Source: an uncultured virus (IMG/VR IMGVR_UViG_3300037466_002408) (Duplodnaviria > Heunggongvirae > Uroviricota > Caudoviricetes). Taken from it: a stretch of DNA of 36,293 bases. The stretch lies in IMG/VR virus record IMGVR_UViG_3300037466_002408, one strand, 5' to 3'. Shown here piece after piece: positions 34,323 through 36,293 of the stretch. Numbering within the stretch: the stretch's first letter is position 1; each line of letters begins with the position of its first letter. The position numbers and the translations under genes are program-made. The notes beneath the pieces were generated by a model. The model had not been told where the DNA came from. It saw only the letters and a list, made by a program, of their open reading frames with translations, and ran no database searches.

Positions 34323-34568
34323 ATGCGTTTCATTCTGTTTCCGATCATTTTGGCCGCTCTTGTTGGCTTCAATCTGGATACCATCAAGGCCCAATCATTC
34401 CGCGCCATTGTCGCGAGCTTGCCGACCATTCACGCTGGAAAAAATGCCGACTTGAAAATCGAGACAGACACGATCCAGGTATACCGAGACAATCGAACCG
34501 GCGATCCCTTCTATGCCTTTGAAATTAATGGGCGCTGGATTGACGCCCAAACAGGCGAGGAATTTTAG
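34323..34568 (+). CDS. Exported or membrane-anchored small protein
   Basis: GGAG RBS; MRFILFPIILAALVGF signal-like start. Confidence 0.7.
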   Translation: MRFILFPIILAALVGFNLDTIKAQSFRAIVASLPTIHAGKNADLKIETDTIQVYRDNRTGDPFYAFEINGRWIDAQTGEEF

Positions 34569-34570
34569 AC

Positions 34571-34876
34571 ATGCCGGGAGTTTTGTTTTTGCGATTTGTT
34601 GGCGTTTTCAATACCGGCATAGATCGGCATGTGTTCCCTATTTGTGACGCTTTCAGTTTTTCGGCAAGTTACAAAGGTAAGCAAGTAATTATTCCTGTGT
34701 CATCCGTTAATCCAAACTCGCAACAATGGGTTTTTGCCGATTTAGATACATATGCCAAATTGCCCATTTGCTCATTTGCCGGATGGCTGGATCATCCTTA
34801 TGGCACGTCATACCCCGATCCCCAATCGGTTTTAGAGGCTGACAAACGCATGCGTCAATTCAAAGAAGGGAGATAA
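34571..34876 (+). CDS. Hypothetical protein
   Basis: GAGGA RBS. Confidence 0.7.
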   Translation: MPGVLFLRFVGVFNTGIDRHVFPICDAFSFSASYKGKQVIIPVSSVNPNSQQWVFADLDTYAKLPICSFAGWLDHPYGTSYPDPQSVLEADKRMRQFKEGR

Positions 34877-34878
34877 CC

Positions 34879-35013
34879 ATGCGCAACTTCTACATTCCGA
34901 CCTCTTATTCCCCGAACATCTTTGGAATCCGTTTTTGCTGGAAGGTTATACAGGTTCATACTCTTTCCGCATGCATTTGTACGTTTAAGCTCAACGCTCC
35001 AAAGAGGAATTAG
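34879..35013 (+). CDS. Mini-gene cassette 1 (44 aa, MRNFYIP...)
   Basis: Read manually; AGGGAG RBS. Confidence 0.65.
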   Translation: MRNFYIPTSYSPNIFGIRFCWKVIQVHTLSACICTFKLNAPKRN

Positions 35014-35015
35014 CC

Positions 35016-35150
35016 ATGCGCCGTACCTACATTATTCCTGTTAACTCAAACAAGGAAATTAAAGGTTCTCATTTGCTCGAAAACATTATCGTTGCTAAGT
35101 ATCTTAATGTAGCAATATGGCTTGTAAAAGCATCTATCAAAAGGTCATAA
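35016..35150 (+). CDS. Mini-gene cassette 2 (44 aa, MRRTYIIP...)
   Basis: Read manually; GAGGA RBS. Confidence 0.65.
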   Translation: MRRTYIIPVNSNKEIKGSHLLENIIVAKYLNVAIWLVKASIKRS

Positions 35151-35152
35151 CC

Positions 35153-35290
35153 ATGCGCCGATACTACATTCCCCTATCGCCTGAATTAGAATTCATTGTT
35201 TGGCTACATGGTAGTAAATTTGGAAAGAACTACATGGCAAACATTGGTGTTCGTGGTGCAATGGCCGTCATTCTCTTTCCGTTGCCGTAA
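35153..35290 (+). CDS. Mini-gene cassette 3 (45 aa, MRRYYIP...)
   Basis: Read manually; AAGGT RBS. Confidence 0.65.
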   Translation: MRRYYIPLSPELEFIVWLHGSKFGKNYMANIGVRGAMAVILFPLP

Positions 35291-35977
35291 AGCTAAGTCA
35301 CACTAATAAATCGCCCTAAAGCAAAGGCAATCAATCAATGAATACAAGCTGAATATATCAATCAATAGAGGGAGAGTATAGAGAATGAATATAGATACAA
35401 GCTGAAACCAAATACAGACATAGGAAACAAGGAAGGAATGAAACAAGAATGTGTTTACTCGTTTGTGTGCCCTGTGCCTCTGGTTTTCTTGGGTAGTTCC
35501 TGCCCACCAACAACAATCAAAACCGACAACAACAATCCCCAATAACATCTTCAATTCTAATGTCATACGACACTACAACGACAACAACAAATAACATCAA
35601 TATGCCCCCCTGGTTAACAAAAGTTTAACTTGGCTGTTGGGGAGTGGCGAGGCACCCAAAGGATATATATCAAAATTCATAACCGCATCACATTAACTGC
35701 AAACGCCCACCACAACTGTATAAACAGCAATATCTGAAACAGAAGATTAGAAACAAGAGAGTCTGAAACAGCAGCCTTGGCGATTTTATGCTCACAAAAC
35801 AAAACAACCTCAAATAAAGGCTATAGTGGGTTTACGAGATTTCACCCCCAAATAACTGCCCATAAAAATCATGAAAAGGGAATTCTCAACCGTATCACAT
35901 AAAATAAAACCCGCTCTACAAGCGGTTTAGATACCTCTCGGACCCCTATAAAATACAAATGATTTTGATGTTTGTAC

Positions 35978-36006
35978 AAAAAAAACGCCCCCTAATAAGG
36001 GAGCGT
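35978..36006 (-). terminator. Intrinsic terminator
   Basis: ACGCTCCCT...GGGGGCGT followed by T8 on minus strand. Confidence 0.75.
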
Positions 36007-36010
36007 GTGT

Positions 36011-36241
36011 TTACCAGTTGGTTATTGCTTGTAGTAGTTTTCTCTTAATGGCTGACTTGAGTTGTTTGTGTCTTGGGCGAATATCTCTCACGTCTTCTCG
36101 TATTGTGTATCCTGTTAATCCTTGACATACAAATATGTAACGAGGGTATCCTATTTCATCAAAGATGTTGTCGTCTATGGCGATTTCCTTACCTCTAAAG
36201 TCTGGGTATTCCTCGCCCGTATATACTGCTTGTATAATCAT
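36011..36241 (-). CDS. Hypothetical protein
   Basis: GGAGGA RBS; ends at terminator. Confidence 0.75.
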   Translation of the reverse strand: MIIQAVYTGEEYPDFRGKEIAIDDNIFDEIGYPRYIFVCQGLTGYTIREDVRDIRPRHKQLKSAIKRKLLQAITNW

Positions 36242-36293
36242 ACTTCCTCCCCTTAATTAAGAGGGACACTATCTCGTTAACACCTACTGGCGT

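Noticed and set aside
30700..34630. Cyanobacterial HIP1 (GCGATCGC) as the cause of GATC enrichment
   Set aside because: GATC flanks are varied and I noticed no full GCGATCGC octamer.
34861..35290. CRISPR array or integron attC cassettes
   Set aside because: Inserts are ~100-nt open reading frames, and the junction is not palindromic and lacks attC-type inverted cores; retained as a mini-gene array.
1..36293. Alternative genetic code (stop reassignment)
   Set aside because: TAA, TAG and TGA each terminate well-defined genes, and long conserved genes are intact under code 11.

Overview
This window is a fragment of a large lytic dsDNA bacteriophage genome; I saw no structural genes, tRNAs or CRISPR array. 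Bases 1-17.9 kb form a + strand nucleotide-metabolism and replication module: class II RNR (partial), thioredoxin, dUTPase, dNMP kinase, DnaB helicase, MazG-like protein, Dam-like and MT-A70 adenine methyltransferases, primase, gp32-like SSB, deaminase and a DnaE polymerase preceded by a GIY-YIG endonuclease. Bases 18-30 kb hold small early-type genes behind near-consensus sigma70 promoters, plus a SNF2 helicase, WYL protein, M20/M28 peptidase, DUF932 protein and an inverted HNH endonuclease. Bases 30.1-35.9 kb are a compositionally distinct block, possibly a terminal-repeat/first-entering region. It contains a 30-bp repeat array, palindromes, divergent promoters, a ~340-nt structured RNA, a GATC-rich Cys-rich gene and a 137-nt-periodic mini-gene array. 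The highlights are: (1) an endonuclease flanked by two synonymously recoded copies of the dnaE N-terminus; (2) an OmpR/RpaB (HLR1)-like tandem box at a fixed position upstream of several promoters and multiplied into an array; (3) the large structured RNA; (4) the periodic mini-gene cassettes. All calls come from manual motif reading, and counts are by eye.
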